A stretch of 64,000 nucleotides of DNA from a candidate division FCPU426 bacterium (GTDB lineage Bacteria > Oederibacteriota > JAAXVQ01 > JAUVAV01), in the NCBI GenBank assembly GCA_040756875.1, contig JBFLYH010000003.1, positions 1-64,000 on the forward strand, in the 5' to 3' direction. The position numbers were made by a program, and so were the translations under genes. This document shows, in pieces, positions 30,355 through 50,539 of this stretch. The first letter of the stretch is position 1. Every line of letters starts with the position of its first letter. The notes below the pieces were generated by a model. That model made no database searches. It was not told where the DNA came from and was given only the letters and a program-made list of their open reading frames with translations.

Positions 30355-31009
30355 GCTGTTTGGCTCCCCCTGATTTCTCTTTCTCCTGCTTCTTCTCGTC
30401 CTGGTAGATCCAGACTTTGATCCCGATCTTGCCGTAAGTGGTGTTGGCCGTGGCCTGGCCGTATTCGATGTTGGCCCGCAGGGTGTGCAAAGGAATCTGG
30501 CCTTCGCGGTACCATTCCCGCCGGGCGATTTCAGCGCCCGCCAACCGGCCTGCGCAGGCAATACGGATCCCCTTCGCGCCCATTTCCATGGCCGCCTGCA
30601 CCGCCCGTTTCATGGCGCGGCGGAAGGCAATACGGCGCTCCAGCTGGCGGGCCACGTTTTCCGCCACCAACACAGCATCCAGTTCCGGATGCTTGACCTC
30701 GAGGATGTTCACGTACACTTGCTTGCCGGTCATCTGCTGGATTTCCTTGCGCAACTGGTCGATTTCCGACCCTTTCTTCCCGATGATGATACCGGGCTTG
30801 GCCGCGTAGATGCCCACGGTCGCCCGCTGGGAAGCGCGCTCGATCTCGACCTTGGAGACGCCGGCGTGGCTTAGCCGCTTTTGGATGAACCGGCGGATGT
30901 TGATGTCCTCGATCAGGAGGTCCGAATAATTTTTACGCGCGAACCACTGAGAGTCCCAGGTACGCGTGATGCCCAGCCGCAAGCCTACCGGATTGACCTT
31001 TTGACCCAC
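30323..31009 (-). CDS. rpsC: 30S ribosomal protein S3
   Basis: [32 protein letters not shown]-terminus overlaps rplP by 32 nt. Confidence 0.99.
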   Translation of the reverse strand: MGQKVNPVGLRLGITRTWDSQWFARKNYSDLLIEDINIRRFIQKRLSHAGVSKVEIERASQRATVGIYAAKPGIIIGKKGSEIDQLRKEIQQMTGKQVYVNILEVKHPELDAVLVAENVARQLERRIAFRRAMKRAVQAAMEMGAKGIRIACAGRLAGAEIARREWYREGQIPLHTLRANIEYGQATANTTYGKIGIKVWIYQDEKKQEKEKSGGAKQHAAAEKNQAS

Positions 31010-31019
31010 GTTGACCTCC

Positions 31020-31385
31020 CTATGCCTGCTTGGCGGTCTCGGTCTTGCCGTCCGAAACCACCAGCGTCAAATGCGATGTTTCCACCCGGATCTTGCTGGC
31101 CCGGCCCATGGCCCGGGGGACGAAACGCCGGGCATTACGCACCCGGGGTCCGGAATCCGCGCGCACTTCCTTCACGAACAAATGGGCGGGATCCATGCCG
31201 GGATGGCGGCCCGCGGCGGCCACGGCCGACTTCAACAGCCGGCTGAAAATCGGCGCGGCGGCCTTGGGAACGAACCGCAGGATATTCAGGGCCTCGTCCA
31301 CGCGCTTTTTCCGGATCAAGTCCGCCACAATGACCGCTTTGCGGCGTCCGAGTTTAACGAACCGGGCTGAAACTTTCTGATCCAT
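31020..31385 (-). CDS. rplV: 50S ribosomal protein L22
   Basis: [28 protein letters not shown]. Confidence 0.97.
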   Translation of the reverse strand: MDQKVSARFVKLGRRKAVIVADLIRKKRVDEALNILRFVPKAAAPIFSRLLKSAVAAAGRHPGMDPAHLFVKEVRADSGPRVRNARRFVPRAMGRASKIRVETSHLTLVVSDGKTETAKQA

Positions 31386-31401
31386 CTTGTGCCTCCGCTC
31401 C

Positions 31402-31707
31402 TTAAGCCGCCGCCGGCGGCGCCGCCGGCGCCACGGTAGTGGCTTTTTCGCTCCGGCTGTGACCTTTGAAGGTCCGCGTGGGGGCAAATTCACCCAGCTT
31501 GTGGCCCACCATGTTTTCCGTCAGGTACACTGGCAGGAATTTCTTTCCGTTATGCACCGCCAGAGTGAACCCGACCATATCGGGGGTGATGGTGCTGCGG
31601 CGCGACCAGGTTTTGATGACTTTCTTGTCGTTCGCCTGCCGCATGCGTTCGATTTTGGCCACTAATTTGGAGTCCACATAAGGACCCTTTTTAAGCGAGC
31701 GCGTCAT
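31402..31707 (-). CDS. rpsS: 30S ribosomal protein S19
   Basis: [28 protein letters not shown]. Confidence 0.99.
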   Translation of the reverse strand: MTRSLKKGPYVDSKLVAKIERMRQANDKKVIKTWSRRSTITPDMVGFTLAVHNGKKFLPVYLTENMVGHKLGEFAPTRTFKGHSRSEKATTVAPAAPPAAA

Positions 31708-31724
31708 GGATAGCGCCTCCCCTG

Positions 31725-31800
31725 CTTATACCCCTTCGCCGATGCCCAGCCGCTGTGCATACGGCTTAAGCGATTACGGCTTCGGGGTATGACATTCGGA
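31725..31800. repeat. Intergenic hairpin repeat, copy B (rplB-rpsS)
   Basis: Ends CTTATACCCCTTC ... TTCGGGGTATGACATTCGGA. Confidence 0.6.
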
Positions 31801-31829
31801 TACCCTGCAGCTTATAGCTGCAGGGGGAT

Positions 31830-32660
31830 TCATTTTTTCTTTCGCCGCCGGATGATCAGGCGGTCGCTGTATTTGTGCTTTCTACGGGTCTTGTAACCCT
31901 TGGTGGGCACGCCCCAGGGTGTCACGGGGTGGTGTCCGCTCTTGCTGCGGCCTTCGCCGCCGCCCATGGGGTGATCCACGGGGTTTTGCGCCATGCCGCG
32001 GCTCCGCGGTTTGAATCCCATCCAACGGTGCCGGCCGGCCTTGCCGATGGTGATGTTTTCGTGCTCCAGGTTGCCGACCTGCCCGACCGTGGCCTGGCAA
32101 TCCAGGTGGATCAGGCGCATTTCGCCCGAAGGCAGGCGGACGTGGGCATACTCGCCCTCCTTGGCCAGGAGCTGGGCATTGCTGCCGGCGGCGCGCACCA
32201 GACGGGCCGGGCTGTCGAGCTTGACTTCGATGTTATGGATCAGCTCGCCCACCGGAATTTTCCGCAAGGGCAGGGTGTTTCCCAGCTGGATGTCGGCTTC
32301 CGGCCCGGACAGGACCATGGTGCCGACCTTCAGGTTGTTGGGCGCCACGATATAACGTTTTTCGCCGTCCGCGTAATGCAGTAAAGCGATGCGGGCCGTG
32401 CGGTTCGGGTCGTACTCGATGGAGACGACGCGGGCCGGGACGCCCGGCTTGTTCCGCATAAAGTCGATCACGCGGTACCGGCGCTTGTGGCCGCCTGACT
32501 TGCGGCGGGCCGTATAGCGTCCGTAGCCGTTGTGCCCGCCGCTGCGCGGGCTGGGACGCAGCAGGGACTTCTCCGGCTGGGTGCGCGTCAGTTCCGAAAA
32601 GTCGTACCCCGTCATCTGCCGGCGGCCCGGGCTCGTGGGGCGATAGGATTTAACGGGCAT
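31830..32660 (-). CDS. rplB: 50S ribosomal protein L2
   Basis: [25 protein letters not shown]. Confidence 0.99.
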   Translation of the reverse strand: MPVKSYRPTSPGRRQMTGYDFSELTRTQPEKSLLRPSPRSGGHNGYGRYTARRKSGGHKRRYRVIDFMRNKPGVPARVVSIEYDPNRTARIALLHYADGEKRYIVAPNNLKVGTMVLSGPEADIQLGNTLPLRKIPVGELIHNIEVKLDSPARLVRAAGSNAQLLAKEGEYAHVRLPSGEMRLIHLDCQATVGQVGNLEHENITIGKAGRHRWMGFKPRSRGMAQNPVDHPMGGGEGRSKSGHHPVTPWGVPTKGYKTRRKHKYSDRLIIRRRKKK

Positions 32661-32694
32661 GCATGCTCTCCTTTGGCGGCTCGTTTACCGGGCT

Positions 32695-32982
32695 TTAAAC
32701 GCCCTCGTAGACCTCGATGCGGTCCCCGGCTTTGAGGGTGGCAATGGCCTTGCGCCAGTTCCGCTTCGGAGTCACGTGCGCGCCGAACCTCCGGCTCTTG
32801 CCGGGCACGGTGGTGGTGTTTACGCGCAGCACGGTCACCTTGAAAATGGTCTCGATCGCTTCCTTGATCTGCAGCTTGTTCGCCCGGGCGTCGACTTCGA
32901 AGGCGTAGGCGTTGATGGCTTCCTTGGCGCGGTTGGTTTTTTCGGTCAACAGCGGCCGCCGGATGATCGTATAGGGGTTCAT
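32695..32982 (-). CDS. rplW: 50S ribosomal protein L23
   Basis: PLLTEK, ANKLQIKEAIE.IF.V, WRKAIATL; ATGA overlap with rplD. Confidence 0.97.
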   Translation of the reverse strand: MNPYTIIRRPLLTEKTNRAKEAINAYAFEVDARANKLQIKEAIETIFKVTVLRVNTTTVPGKSRRFGAHVTPKRNWRKAIATLKAGDRIEVYEGV

Positions 32983-33605
32983 GCGTTCAACCTCTCTTCC
33001 AGCCGGTTTACCGCGTCGCGCGTCAGCAGCAAATGATCGCAGTTCACCAAATCGTAGGTATTGATGTTTTCCGGGTTCAGGATCCTCAGGGTGCCGATGT
33101 TCCGGCCGGAACGCCGCACGGTTTCGTCGGCCTGGGCCAGCACCATGGTGGTCTTGCCCGAGAGGTTGAGTTTCTGGAGAATGCCGGCCAACAACTTGGT
33201 CTTGATCTGGGCCAGCTTCAGTTCGTCCAGCACGACCACTTCTCCGTCCGCCACTTTGGCCGAAAGCGCCGACCGCAGGGCTTGCTGGCGCTGGCGCTGG
33301 GGCAGGAGCCAGGAATAGTCGCGCGGCTTGGGACCGAACACGGTTCCGCCTTTGTACCACAGCGGGGAACGGTTGCTGCCCGCGCGCGCCCGGCCGGTGC
33401 CCTTCTGCCGCCACGGCTTGGCGCCGCCGCCGCTGACCTCGCCCCGGGTTTTGGTGGAGGAGGTGCCGCGGCGCTTGTTGGCCAGGTGGCTTTGAACCGC
33501 TTCCCACAGCAGGTGTTTGTTGACTTTCGCACCGAATACTTTTTCCGATACGGTGACCTCACCGACCGGTTGATTTTCACGATTGACGATTTTAAGTACG
33601 GGCAT
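32979..33605 (-). CDS. rplD: 50S ribosomal protein L4
   Basis: [23 protein letters not shown]. Confidence 0.99.
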   Translation of the reverse strand: MPVLKIVNRENQPVGEVTVSEKVFGAKVNKHLLWEAVQSHLANKRRGTSSTKTRGEVSGGGAKPWRQKGTGRARAGSNRSPLWYKGGTVFGPKPRDYSWLLPQRQRQQALRSALSAKVADGEVVVLDELKLAQIKTKLLAGILQKLNLSGKTTMVLAQADETVRRSGRNIGTLRILNPENINTYDLVNCDHLLLTRDAVNRLEERLNA

Positions 33606-33607
33606 GG

Positions 33608-34243
33608 CTACCGCTTCCCTCCCCGCCGGCTTTCACGCACCAGCACCAGATCCCGGTTGGCGCCGGGAATGGCGCCGCGAATCAGCAGCAATTTCTGCTC
33701 CGGATCCACTTTGACCAGCTTCAGCTTCATGGCGGTCACCCGTTCGTGGCCCATGTGCCCCGGCATTCCCAGGCCCTTGAGCACGCGTGAGGGGTCCGAG
33801 GAGGCGCCGATCGAACCGGGCGCGCGGTGGAACATGGAGCCGTGCGAGTTGCGTCCTCCGGTGAAATGATGGCGTTTGACCACGCCCTGATACCCTTTGC
33901 CCTTGGAAACCCCGACCACGTCCACCCACTGGACGTCCGCCAGGACTTCCGGCCCGAAGGTCTGCCCGACCGCAAACGAATCCTTGTCCGCCAGTTCCAG
34001 CTCCCGCAGGATGCGGAACGGCTTGAGATTGCGTTTGGTGAACTGCCCCAGCCGCGGTTTGGTGATCCGCCGGGGCTTCTGCTCTTCGTAGCCCACCTGA
34101 ATGGCAGCGTAGCCGTCCTGTTCCTTGGTCTTGACCTGGACCACTGTGCACGGTCCGGCCGAAACCACGGTGACTGGAACGGCGTGGCCGTTTTCGTCGA
34201 AGATCTGGGTCATGCCGATTTTCCTGCCGAGTATGCTTTTCAT
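33608..34243 (-). CDS. rplC: 50S ribosomal protein L3
   Basis: LGRKIGMTQIF, SKGKGYQGVVKRH, HRAPGSIG. Confidence 0.99.
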   Translation of the reverse strand: MKSILGRKIGMTQIFDENGHAVPVTVVSAGPCTVVQVKTKEQDGYAAIQVGYEEQKPRRITKPRLGQFTKRNLKPFRILRELELADKDSFAVGQTFGPEVLADVQWVDVVGVSKGKGYQGVVKRHHFTGGRNSHGSMFHRAPGSIGASSDPSRVLKGLGMPGHMGHERVTAMKLKLVKVDPEQKLLLIRGAIPGANRDLVLVRESRRGGKR

Positions 34244-34273
34244 AGCCAATCCTCTTTTACAGGTCCCCGGGAC

Positions 34274-34582
34274 CTATAATTTGATCTCCACGTCGACGCC
34301 GGCCGGCAAATCCATCTTCATCAGGGCGTCGATGGTTTTGGCGGTCGGATCCACGATATCCAGCAGCCGCTTGTGCGTCCGGATCTCGAATTGTTCCCGC
34401 GATTTCTTGTCCACGTGCGGACTGCGCAACACGGTCACCCGGTTGATGCGGGTCGGCAACGGTACCGGCCCGAATACGCGCGCACCGGTCCTTTTGGCAG
34501 TCTCAATGACATCGGCCGCGGAACGGTCCAACAACTTGCTGTCGTAGGCCTTCATCCGGATGCGAATTTTTTGCTGCTGCAT
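34274..34582 (-). CDS. rpsJ: 30S ribosomal protein S10
   Basis: [27 protein letters not shown]. Confidence 0.99.
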   Translation of the reverse strand: MQQQKIRIRMKAYDSKLLDRSAADVIETAKRTGARVFGPVPLPTRINRVTVLRSPHVDKKSREQFEIRTHKRLLDIVDPTAKTIDALMKMDLPAGVDVEIKL

Positions 34583-34601
34583 GGTGCCCTCCGCTCTCCC
34601 G

Positions 34602-35804
<1,203 letters not shown>

Positions 35805-35821
35805 GGAGTGGTCCTCCTCGA

Positions 35822-37912
35822 TTATTTGCCTTGCATTTTTGACACGACGGCTTCCGCGATGCTTTTCGGCACCTCGGCATAATGCGCGAACTGCATGGTA
35901 AAGGTCGCCCGTCCCTGGGTCATGGACCGCAGATCCGTGGCGTAACCGAACATTTCCGCCAACGGCACATGGCCGTGGACCACGTGCGTATTGCCTTTTT
36001 TATCGAGGCCTTCGATCCGGCCGCGGCGCGAATTCAGGTTGCCGAGCACGTCGCCCATGTAATCCTCCGGCGTGACGACTTCCAGGGCGAAGATGGGCTC
36101 CAGGAGCACCGGCTGGGCCTTGCGGCAGGCTTCCTTGAAAGCCATGGAGCCCGCGATTTTAAACGCCATTTCCGAGGAATCCACCTCGTGGTAAGACCCG
36201 TCGAACAGCGTTACTTTGCAATCCACCACCGGATAGCCCGCCAGCACGCCGCTCTGCAGCGCGTCCTGGATGCCCTGGTTCACCGGCTGGATGTATTCCC
36301 GCGGAATGCTGCCGCCGCGGATGGCATCCACGAATTCGTAGCCCTTGCCGTTTTCCATCGGTTCCAGCCGGATCCACACATGGCCGTACTGGCCGCGGCC
36401 GCCGGTCTGGCGGACGAACTTCCCTTCCTGCTCGACCGACTTGGAGATGGTTTCGCGGTAGGCCACCTGGGGCTTGCCCACGTTGGCTTCCACGTTGAAT
36501 TCCCGCAACAGCCGGTCCACGATGATTTCCAAGTGCAGTTCGCCCATGCCCCAGATCAGGGTCTGGCCGGTTTCCTCGTCGGTCCGGATCTTGAAAGTCG
36601 GGTCTTCCTCCGAGAGCCGCTGCAAGGCCGTGCCCAGTTTGTCCTGGTCCGCCTTGGTCTTGGGCTCGATAGCCACGGAGATCACGGGCGCCGGGAAGGA
36701 CATGGATTCCAGCACGATGGGCTGGGACTCATCCGCCAGGCTGTCGCCGGTGGTGGTGAATTTCAACCCCACCGCGGCCACGATGTCTCCCGCGGAGGCC
36801 GACTCGATCTCTTCGCGCTTGTTCGCGTGCATGCGCATGAGGCGGCCGATGCGCTCCCGTTTCTCCCGGGTGGAATTCAGGACGTGGTCGCCGGTGCTGA
36901 TTTGCCCCGAATAGACCCGGAAATACGTCAGTTTTCCCACATACGGATCGGACATGATCTTGAACGCCAGCGCGGCAAAAGGCGCCTTGGGGTTGGCCGG
37001 CCGGTTTTCGCGCACGTCCTTGCCCGGAATCTCTCCGGAAACCGGCGGGATGTCCGTGGGCGACGGCAAATAGTCGGCCACGGCATCCAGCAGCGGCTGG
37101 ATGCCTTTGTTCTTGAAAGCCGAGCCGCACAGCACCGGCACGATCTTGCCGGCCACCACGGCTTTGCGCAGCGTCCGTTTGATTTCCACGGGTGTCACGT
37201 CCTCGCCGGCCAGGAACTTCTCCAGCAGGTGGTCGTCGAAATCCGCCAGGGCCTCGATCAACTTCTCGCGTTGGGCGCGGGCGACGAAAAATTCCGTCTC
37301 GGCAATCTGCTCGTCGATCTCGTATTCCGCGCCCAGGGTCTCATCGTTCCACACCAGCTGTTTCATCTCGATGATGTCCACCAAGCCGCGGAACCCGCTT
37401 TCGCTGCCCACCGGGATCTGGATGGGCACCGCGCGCGCCCCCAGTTTCTCGCGGATGCTCTTGACCGATTGCATGAAATCCGCGCCGATCCGGTCCATCT
37501 TGTTGATGAACGCCAGCCGCGGCACGTTGTACTTGTCCGCCTGGCGCCAGACCGTTTCGGACTGGGGTTGCACTCCGCTCACGCCGTCAAAGACCGCCAC
37601 CGCACCGTCCAACACCCGTAGCGACCGCTCGACCTCGACCGTGAAGTCCACGTGGCCGGGCGTGTCGATGATGTTGATGCGGTGATGCTTCCAGAAGCAT
37701 GTGGTTGCGGCCGAGGTGATGGTGATGCCGCGCTCCTGCTCCTGGACCATCCAATCCATCGTGGCCGTCCCCTCGTGCACTTCGCCCAGCTTGTACAGCC
37801 GGCCGGAGTAAAAGAGGACACGCTCCGTGATGGTGGTTTTTCCCGCGTCAATGTGGGCCATGATCCCGATGTTCCGGGTCTTGGCCAAATCTACAGACTG
37901 AGGCGAACTCAT
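35822..37912 (-). CDS. fusA: Elongation factor G
   Basis: [33 protein letters not shown]. Confidence 0.99.
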   Translation of the reverse strand: MSSPQSVDLAKTRNIGIMAHIDAGKTTITERVLFYSGRLYKLGEVHEGTATMDWMVQEQERGITITSAATTCFWKHHRINIIDTPGHVDFTVEVERSLRVLDGAVAVFDGVSGVQPQSETVWRQADKYNVPRLAFINKMDRIGADFMQSVKSIREKLGARAVPIQIPVGSESGFRGLVDIIEMKQLVWNDETLGAEYEIDEQIAETEFFVARAQREKLIEALADFDDHLLEKFLAGEDVTPVEIKRTLRKAVVAGKIVPVLCGSAFKNKGIQPLLDAVADYLPSPTDIPPVSGEIPGKDVRENRPANPKAPFAALAFKIMSDPYVGKLTYFRVYSGQISTGDHVLNSTREKRERIGRLMRMHANKREEIESASAGDIVAAVGLKFTTTGDSLADESQPIVLESMSFPAPVISVAIEPKTKADQDKLGTALQRLSEEDPTFKIRTDEETGQTLIWGMGELHLEIIVDRLLREFNVEANVGKPQVAYRETISKSVEQEGKFVRQTGGRGQYGHVWIRLEPMENGKGYEFVDAIRGGSIPREYIQPVNQGIQDALQSGVLAGYPVVDCKVTLFDGSYHEVDSSEMAFKIAGSMAFKEACRKAQPVLLEPIFALEVVTPEDYMGDVLGNLNSRRGRIEGLDKKGNTHVVHGHVPLAEMFGYATDLRSMTQGRATFTMQFAHYAEVPKSIAEAVVSKMQGK

Positions 37913-37970
37913 GTGCTTATGCTCCCGAATGCCGTCCGCGGAATGTTGACCGGGACAGCCAGCCTTCGTC

Positions 37971-38441
37971 CTACCAGCGATAATGGGCGAAGGCTTTATT
38001 GGCCTCAGCCATCTTGTGGGTATCTTCCCGTTTTTTGACTGCCGCGCCCTGGTTGGTGGCCGCTTCCATGAATTCGGCGGCCAGGCGCTCTTCCATGCTC
38101 TTGCCTTTGCGGGCGCGCGCGGCTTCCCGCAGCCAGCGGATGGCCAGGGACAGCTGGCGCTCCGGACGCACTTCCACCGGAACCTGGTAATTGGCTCCGC
38201 CCACGCGGCGCGACTTGACTTCCACCTGGGGCTTCACGTTGTCCAGCGCCTGTTTAAACGTGTTCAACGTGGGGTCCCCGGTTTTGGTTTTGATGATATT
38301 CAACGCGCCGTAAAAAATCTGTTCGGCGCGGCTCTTTTTTCCGCACTCCATGATGCAATTGATGAATTTCGTCACCACCGGACTGTTGAAACGGCCGTCC
38401 GGCTTGATTTCACGCTTGGCAGCACCCTTACGACGCGGCAT
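37971..38441 (-). CDS. rpsG: 30S ribosomal protein S7
   Basis: [25 protein letters not shown]. Confidence 0.99.
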   Translation of the reverse strand: MPRRKGAAKREIKPDGRFNSPVVTKFINCIMECGKKSRAEQIFYGALNIIKTKTGDPTLNTFKQALDNVKPQVEVKSRRVGGANYQVPVEVRPERQLSLAIRWLREAARARKGKSMEERLAAEFMEAATNQGAAVKKREDTHKMAEANKAFAHYRW

Positions 38442-38473
38442 GAATTACCATCCTCCCTTGCGAAACGCCATGA

Positions 38474-38845
38474 CTACTTCGGCCGTTTGAGGCCGTATTT
38501 GGAGCGCCCTTGCTTGCGGTTTTGCACGCCCGCGGTATCCAAGGTGCCCCTTATAATATGGTAACGAACACCGGGCAGGTCCTTGACGCGGCCGCCGCGG
38601 ATCATCACGATCGAGTGTTCCTGCAGATTGTGCCCCTCGCCCGGTATGTAGCACGTCACTTCCATGCCGTTCACCAGGCGCACGCGGGCCACTTTTCGCA
38701 AAGCCGAATTGGGCTTTTTGGGCGTTACGGTATAGACCCTCAGGCACACTCCGCGCTTTTGGGGACAGCTGCGAAGGGCGGGAGAAGACGTTTTGCTGCG
38801 CAAGGTTTCGCGCCCTTTGCGGATCAACTGGTTGATGGTCGGCAT
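38474..38845 (-). CDS. rpsL: 30S ribosomal protein S12
   Basis: [21 protein letters not shown]. Confidence 0.99.
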   Translation of the reverse strand: MPTINQLIRKGRETLRSKTSSPALRSCPQKRGVCLRVYTVTPKKPNSALRKVARVRLVNGMEVTCYIPGEGHNLQEHSIVMIRGGRVKDLPGVRYHIIRGTLDTAGVQNRKQGRSKYGLKRPK

Positions 38846-38878
38846 GTGCGCCTCCCTTTCCTTTTTATCCTTAAAAAC

Positions 38879-39125
38879 AAAAAAGACGGAAACATCCGTC
38901 TTTTTGGTCAGGACAAACCTGGGGTCCCGTTTGAGGGACCGATCCTGTAAGACCTGTACTCTGGGAAGACCTTCGCCCCGGCTTTCCGGCTAAGGGACGT
39001 GGTTTCTTCGAACGCCGTCCGTCCATGTAAAATGGACGGACGACAACCAACGCGAGCCTCCCGCGTACAAACGGATGCTGCCACCGTCTCGCCACTCACT
39101 TGCAGTGGTTATGTCTCAGGCCAAA
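38879..39125 (-). ncRNA. Putative structured leader/ncRNA upstream of rpsL ending in a terminator-like hairpin
   Basis: At least six hairpins, including a 13-bp stem at 39014-39044, and GACGGA/TCCGTC with U-tract at 38879-38905. Confidence 0.5.
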
Positions 39126-39135
39126 AAGAGAAATG

Positions 39136-39165
39136 AGTATATGTTATTAACTTAAAAACTGTCAA
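39136..39165 (-). promoter_or_regulatory. sigma70 promoter of str operon
   Basis: Minus strand TTGACA, 18 nt, TATACT in an AT-rich context. Confidence 0.75.
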
Positions 39166-39174
39166 GCGGTAATT

Positions 39175-43272
<4,098 letters not shown>

Positions 43273-43298
43273 TTTTTCTCCAAAGCCGCCCTCGACTC

Positions 43299-47126
<3,828 letters not shown>

Positions 47127-47212
47127 GCAGTCTCCTCCTTGCCCCACGGTCTGTAGAAAACAAACAAATAATGTAATAAAGGGTGTACGAGAAAGGGAAA
47201 AACAGAAATGTA

Positions 47213-47242
47213 AGGATAAAATATTTCGATGGCCTTTGTCAA
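47213..47242 (-). promoter_or_regulatory. Putative sigma70 promoter dedicated to rpoBC
   Basis: Minus strand TTGACA, 18 nt, TATCCT, with an A-rich UP-like tract upstream. Confidence 0.6.
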
Positions 47243-47298
47243 CCCTAAATTTATTTTTTTTTGCTTTTTTTATACCCGGCAGCCAGTGAGGAGGGGGC

Positions 47299-48039
47299 TC
47301 AGCCGGCCAGGACCTTCAATCCCCGGGAGCGCAGCTTCCGGGCGACCCTGGCCCAGAGGGCCCGGGACGGCGGTTTCAGGGTTTGCAGGGGGTAGGCCAG
47401 CCCCAATTCCCGCCATTTATGCACGCCCAAGCGGTGGTACCCGATCAGCTCGACCGGGGGTGTGTTTTCCAAGCTCAGCGCATAGTCCGACAATCCGTCG
47501 ATTTCTTCGGCGGAATCGTTCATTCCCGGCAGCAACACCCGTCTAAGCACCAGGCGGCCGGGAACCCGGGCCGCCTGGCGGCCGAACGCCAGCACCGGAG
47601 CCAGAGGCTGCCCGGTTAGCGAGCGGTGCAGTGCTTCTCGGCTGGCTTTAATGTCCAGCAGGACCACGTCGGTTTCAGCCAAAATCCGTTCGGCCGCGGC
47701 CGGCTTGCAGCTGCCGTTGGTATCCAGGGCGGTATTCAGTTTCAAATCATGGGCAATTTTAAACAAGCCGATCACGAAATCCGCCTGCAGGGTCGGTTCC
47801 CCGCCGGAAACAGTCACGCCGCCGCCGTGCTGGCGCAAATAGGGGGTCAACGGCTCCAGCCGGGCGCGGGCCTCGGCCAGGGTCATGCGGCCCGAAGCCC
47901 GGATGGACCACGTGTCCGGGTTCTGGCAGTACTGGCAGCGGAAGTTGCATCCGGCCAGAAAGAAGACGCAGCGCAGTCCCGGCCCGTCGCGGGTGCCGAG
48001 GGTTTCGACGGAATGCACGCGGCCAATGATGTTTTTCAT
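47299..48039 (-). CDS. pflA: Pyruvate formate-lyase activating enzyme (radical SAM)
   Basis: [34 protein letters not shown]. Confidence 0.95.
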   Translation of the reverse strand: MKNIIGRVHSVETLGTRDGPGLRCVFFLAGCNFRCQYCQNPDTWSIRASGRMTLAEARARLEPLTPYLRQHGGGVTVSGGEPTLQADFVIGLFKIAHDLKLNTALDTNGSCKPAAAERILAETDVVLLDIKASREALHRSLTGQPLAPVLAFGRQAARVPGRLVLRRVLLPGMNDSAEEIDGLSDYALSLENTPPVELIGYHRLGVHKWRELGLAYPLQTLKPPSRALWARVARKLRSRGLKVLAG

Positions 48040-48045
48040 GCCAGG

Positions 48046-48074
48046 CGACCTGTCCGACCGGTCCGACTTGTCCG
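48046..48074. repeat. 9-bp tandem repeat x3 in pflB-pflA spacer
   Basis: CGACCTGTC CGACCGGTC CGACTTGTC CG. Confidence 0.6.
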
Positions 48075-48086
48075 GTCCGTCAAAAA

Positions 48087-50315
48087 CTACATCATTTGGT
48101 GAAAAGTGCGCCGCAGGATTTCCTCCTGCTGTTCGCGTGACAGCTTGGTGAAATGCACCGCATAGCCTGAAACCCGGATGGTGAGCTGGGGATATTTTTC
48201 CGGATGGCGCATGGCGTCGCGCAGCAGCTGCCGGTCGAGGACGTTGACATTGATGTGGTGGCCGCCCTTGGTGAAATAACCGTCCAGCAAGCCGGTAAGG
48301 TTTTCCTTTTGGGCCGGCAGATCGCGCCCCAGGGCCTGCGGCACGATGGAGAAGGTGTTGGAGATGCCGTCCATGGCCGCGTAGTACGGCAGCTTGGACA
48401 TGGAATTCAAGCTCGCCAGCACGCCGTTCTTTTCACGGCCGTACATGGGATTCGCGCCCGGCGCAAACGGTTCTCCGGCCTTGCGGCCGTCCGGCGTGGC
48501 GCCGGTTTTCTTGCCATACAGCACGTTGCTGGTGATGGTCAGAATGGACAGCGTGGGCGTGGCGCGCCGGTAGACCGTGTGCTTGCGCAGCTCGGTGATG
48601 AAGGTGATAATCAAGTCCCGCGCCCGGTTGTCGGCCCGCTCGTCGTCATTGCCGAAGGCGGGGTATTCCCCCTTGATCTTGAAGGACTTGGTCAGGCCCC
48701 GGTGGTCGCGCACCGGCTGGACTTTCGCGTAGCGGATCGCGCACAGCGAGTCCACCACCACGGACAGTCCTGCCAGTCCGAACGCCATCAGGCGGTCCAC
48801 CTCGCTGTCCAGCAGGGCCATCTGGATGCTTTCGTAGTAATAACGGTCGTGGCACCAGTGGATCACGTTCATGATGTCCACGTATTTTTTCGCCAGCCAG
48901 GAAATGACGCGGATGAAGTTTTCGTACACCTGGTCGTAGTCCAGGGTCTTGCCCGTAAGCGGCGGGATGTTCGGAACCACCTGCTCCCCGTAAATTTCGT
49001 CCCGGCCCTGGTTGAGCGCCAAGAGCAGGGCTTTGGGCAGATTGCAGCGGGCGCCGAAATACTGGATTTGGCTGCCGGCCTTGAGCAGGGACACGCAGCA
49101 GGAAATCCCGTAATCATCCCCGGCCACCGGCCGCATCAGGTCGTCGTTCATGAACTGCAGCGTGCTGGTCTCGACGGCCATTTCGGCGGCAAACCGCTTC
49201 CAGGGCTCGGGCAGGCGCGGCGAATGCAGCACGGTCAGGTTCGGTTCGGGCGCGGGCCCCAGGTTGCGCAGGCTCTGGAGGAAGCGGAAATCGGTTTTAG
49301 TCACCTTGGGCCGGCCGTCGCTCCCCATGCCGCCCAACACCAGGGTCACCCAGACCGGATCGCCGGCGAACAGCTCGTCGTATTCCGGCGGCCGCAATTG
49401 GCGGATCATGCGCAGTTTGATGGTGAAATCGTCGATCAGTTCCTGCGCCTGGCTTTCGGTCAGGCGGCCGGCTGCCAAGTCCCGCTGGATGTAAATATCG
49501 AAAAAGGCGGACAAGTGGCCGATGGACATGGCAGCGCCGTCCGATTCCTTGGCCGCGGCCAGGTAGGCCAGGTAGGTCCACTGCACGGCTTCGCGCGCCG
49601 TCTCCGCGGGCCGGGACAGGTCGCAGCCGTAGCGGCGGCCGAGTTCCGCGAGCTCCTCCAGCGCCTGGATCTGGTTGGCCACTTCCTCCCGCTGCCGGAT
49701 GGTGCGGGTGTCCATGGCGTCCTCGATGCGGGCCTGGTCCGCGCGCTTCTCCTGGAGCAGACGGGCCGTGCCGTATAGGGCCGCCCGGCGGTAATCGCCG
49801 ATGATCCGTCCCCGGGCGTAGTTGTCCGGCAGGCCGGTGATGATGCCCAGACGCCGGATTTTTTTCATCTCCTCGGTGTATATGGAAAACACCGCGTCAT
49901 TGTGGGACTTGCGGTAGCGAGTGTAGGTTTCCACCACCCGGGGATTGACGGTATAGCCGTGCGCCTTGGCTGCCCGCTCGACCAGCCGGATGCCGCCGAC
50001 CGGCTTGATGGCGCGCTTGAGCGGTTCGTCGGTCTGCAAGCCCTTGATCAGCTCCTGCTTCCGGTCGATGTACCCCGCTTCGTGCGAGAGAATGCCGCCC
50101 GGAACGTCGGGATCAATGGCGCGCACTCCCCCTTTGGCGTGCTCTTCCTTCATCAGGGACTTGACTTTTCGCCAGAGGGCGAGCGTGCGCTTGGTGGCGG
50201 GTTTGAGAAACTCCGGCCCGCCTTCATAGGGCGTATAATTGTGGGAGATGAAATCCTGCAGATCGATCTTCAAAGCCCAGCGGCCACGCTGAAAGGGAAG
50301 CATTTTTTTCGCCAT
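48087..50315 (-). CDS. pflB: Pyruvate formate-lyase (formate C-acetyltransferase)
   Basis: [16 protein letters not shown] Cys-Cys pair, TIRVSGYAV glycyl-radical loop. Confidence 0.97.
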   Translation of the reverse strand: MAKKMLPFQRGRWALKIDLQDFISHNYTPYEGGPEFLKPATKRTLALWRKVKSLMKEEHAKGGVRAIDPDVPGGILSHEAGYIDRKQELIKGLQTDEPLKRAIKPVGGIRLVERAAKAHGYTVNPRVVETYTRYRKSHNDAVFSIYTEEMKKIRRLGIITGLPDNYARGRIIGDYRRAALYGTARLLQEKRADQARIEDAMDTRTIRQREEVANQIQALEELAELGRRYGCDLSRPAETAREAVQWTYLAYLAAAKESDGAAMSIGHLSAFFDIYIQRDLAAGRLTESQAQELIDDFTIKLRMIRQLRPPEYDELFAGDPVWVTLVLGGMGSDGRPKVTKTDFRFLQSLRNLGPAPEPNLTVLHSPRLPEPWKRFAAEMAVETSTLQFMNDDLMRPVAGDDYGISCCVSLLKAGSQIQYFGARCNLPKALLLALNQGRDEIYGEQVVPNIPPLTGKTLDYDQVYENFIRVISWLAKKYVDIMNVIHWCHDRYYYESIQMALLDSEVDRLMAFGLAGLSVVVDSLCAIRYAKVQPVRDHRGLTKSFKIKGEYPAFGNDDERADNRARDLIITFITELRKHTVYRRATPTLSILTITSNVLYGKKTGATPDGRKAGEPFAPGANPMYGREKNGVLASLNSMSKLPYYAAMDGISNTFSIVPQALGRDLPAQKENLTGLLDGYFTKGGHHINVNVLDRQLLRDAMRHPEKYPQLTIRVSGYAVHFTKLSREQQEEILRRTFHQMM

Positions 50316-50343
50316 GTCGCGCCTCCTCGAGAGCGAAGACGGG

Positions 50344-50460
50344 AAAGAAAAAAGCCCGGACCACCGCTCAGGAAATGAGCGGAAGCCCAGGCGTTCGGCT
50401 TGATCACCCGCTTGACAGCCGTGTTCCCAGGTGGTGCTCCACCTTCGCCAGTCGCACGGC
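50344..50460 (-). promoter_or_regulatory. ZMP/ZTP (pfl) riboswitch with terminator expression platform
   Basis: Minus strand GCCGTGCGACTGGCGAAGGTGGAGCACCACCTGGGAACACGGC...GCCGAACGCCTGGGC matches the pfl consensus; overlapping hairpin and U-tract follow. Confidence 0.9.
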
Positions 50461-50467
50461 TTGATTC

Positions 50468-50496
50468 AGGCTACAATACCCTCGTTCTTTTGTCAA
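50468..50496 (-). promoter_or_regulatory. sigma70 promoter for riboswitch-pflBA
   Basis: Minus strand TTGACA, 17 nt, TAGCCT, 7 nt before the aptamer. Confidence 0.65.
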
Positions 50497-50539
50497 GCTC
50501 TTAATCAGGAATCGTTCCGGTTTATTGTCGAGGTATGCT

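Noticed and set aside
38871-39099. Short ORFs in the rpsL leader as leader peptides or L7ae
   Set aside because: No SD, no homology and they cross strong hairpins; an RNA structure explains the region better
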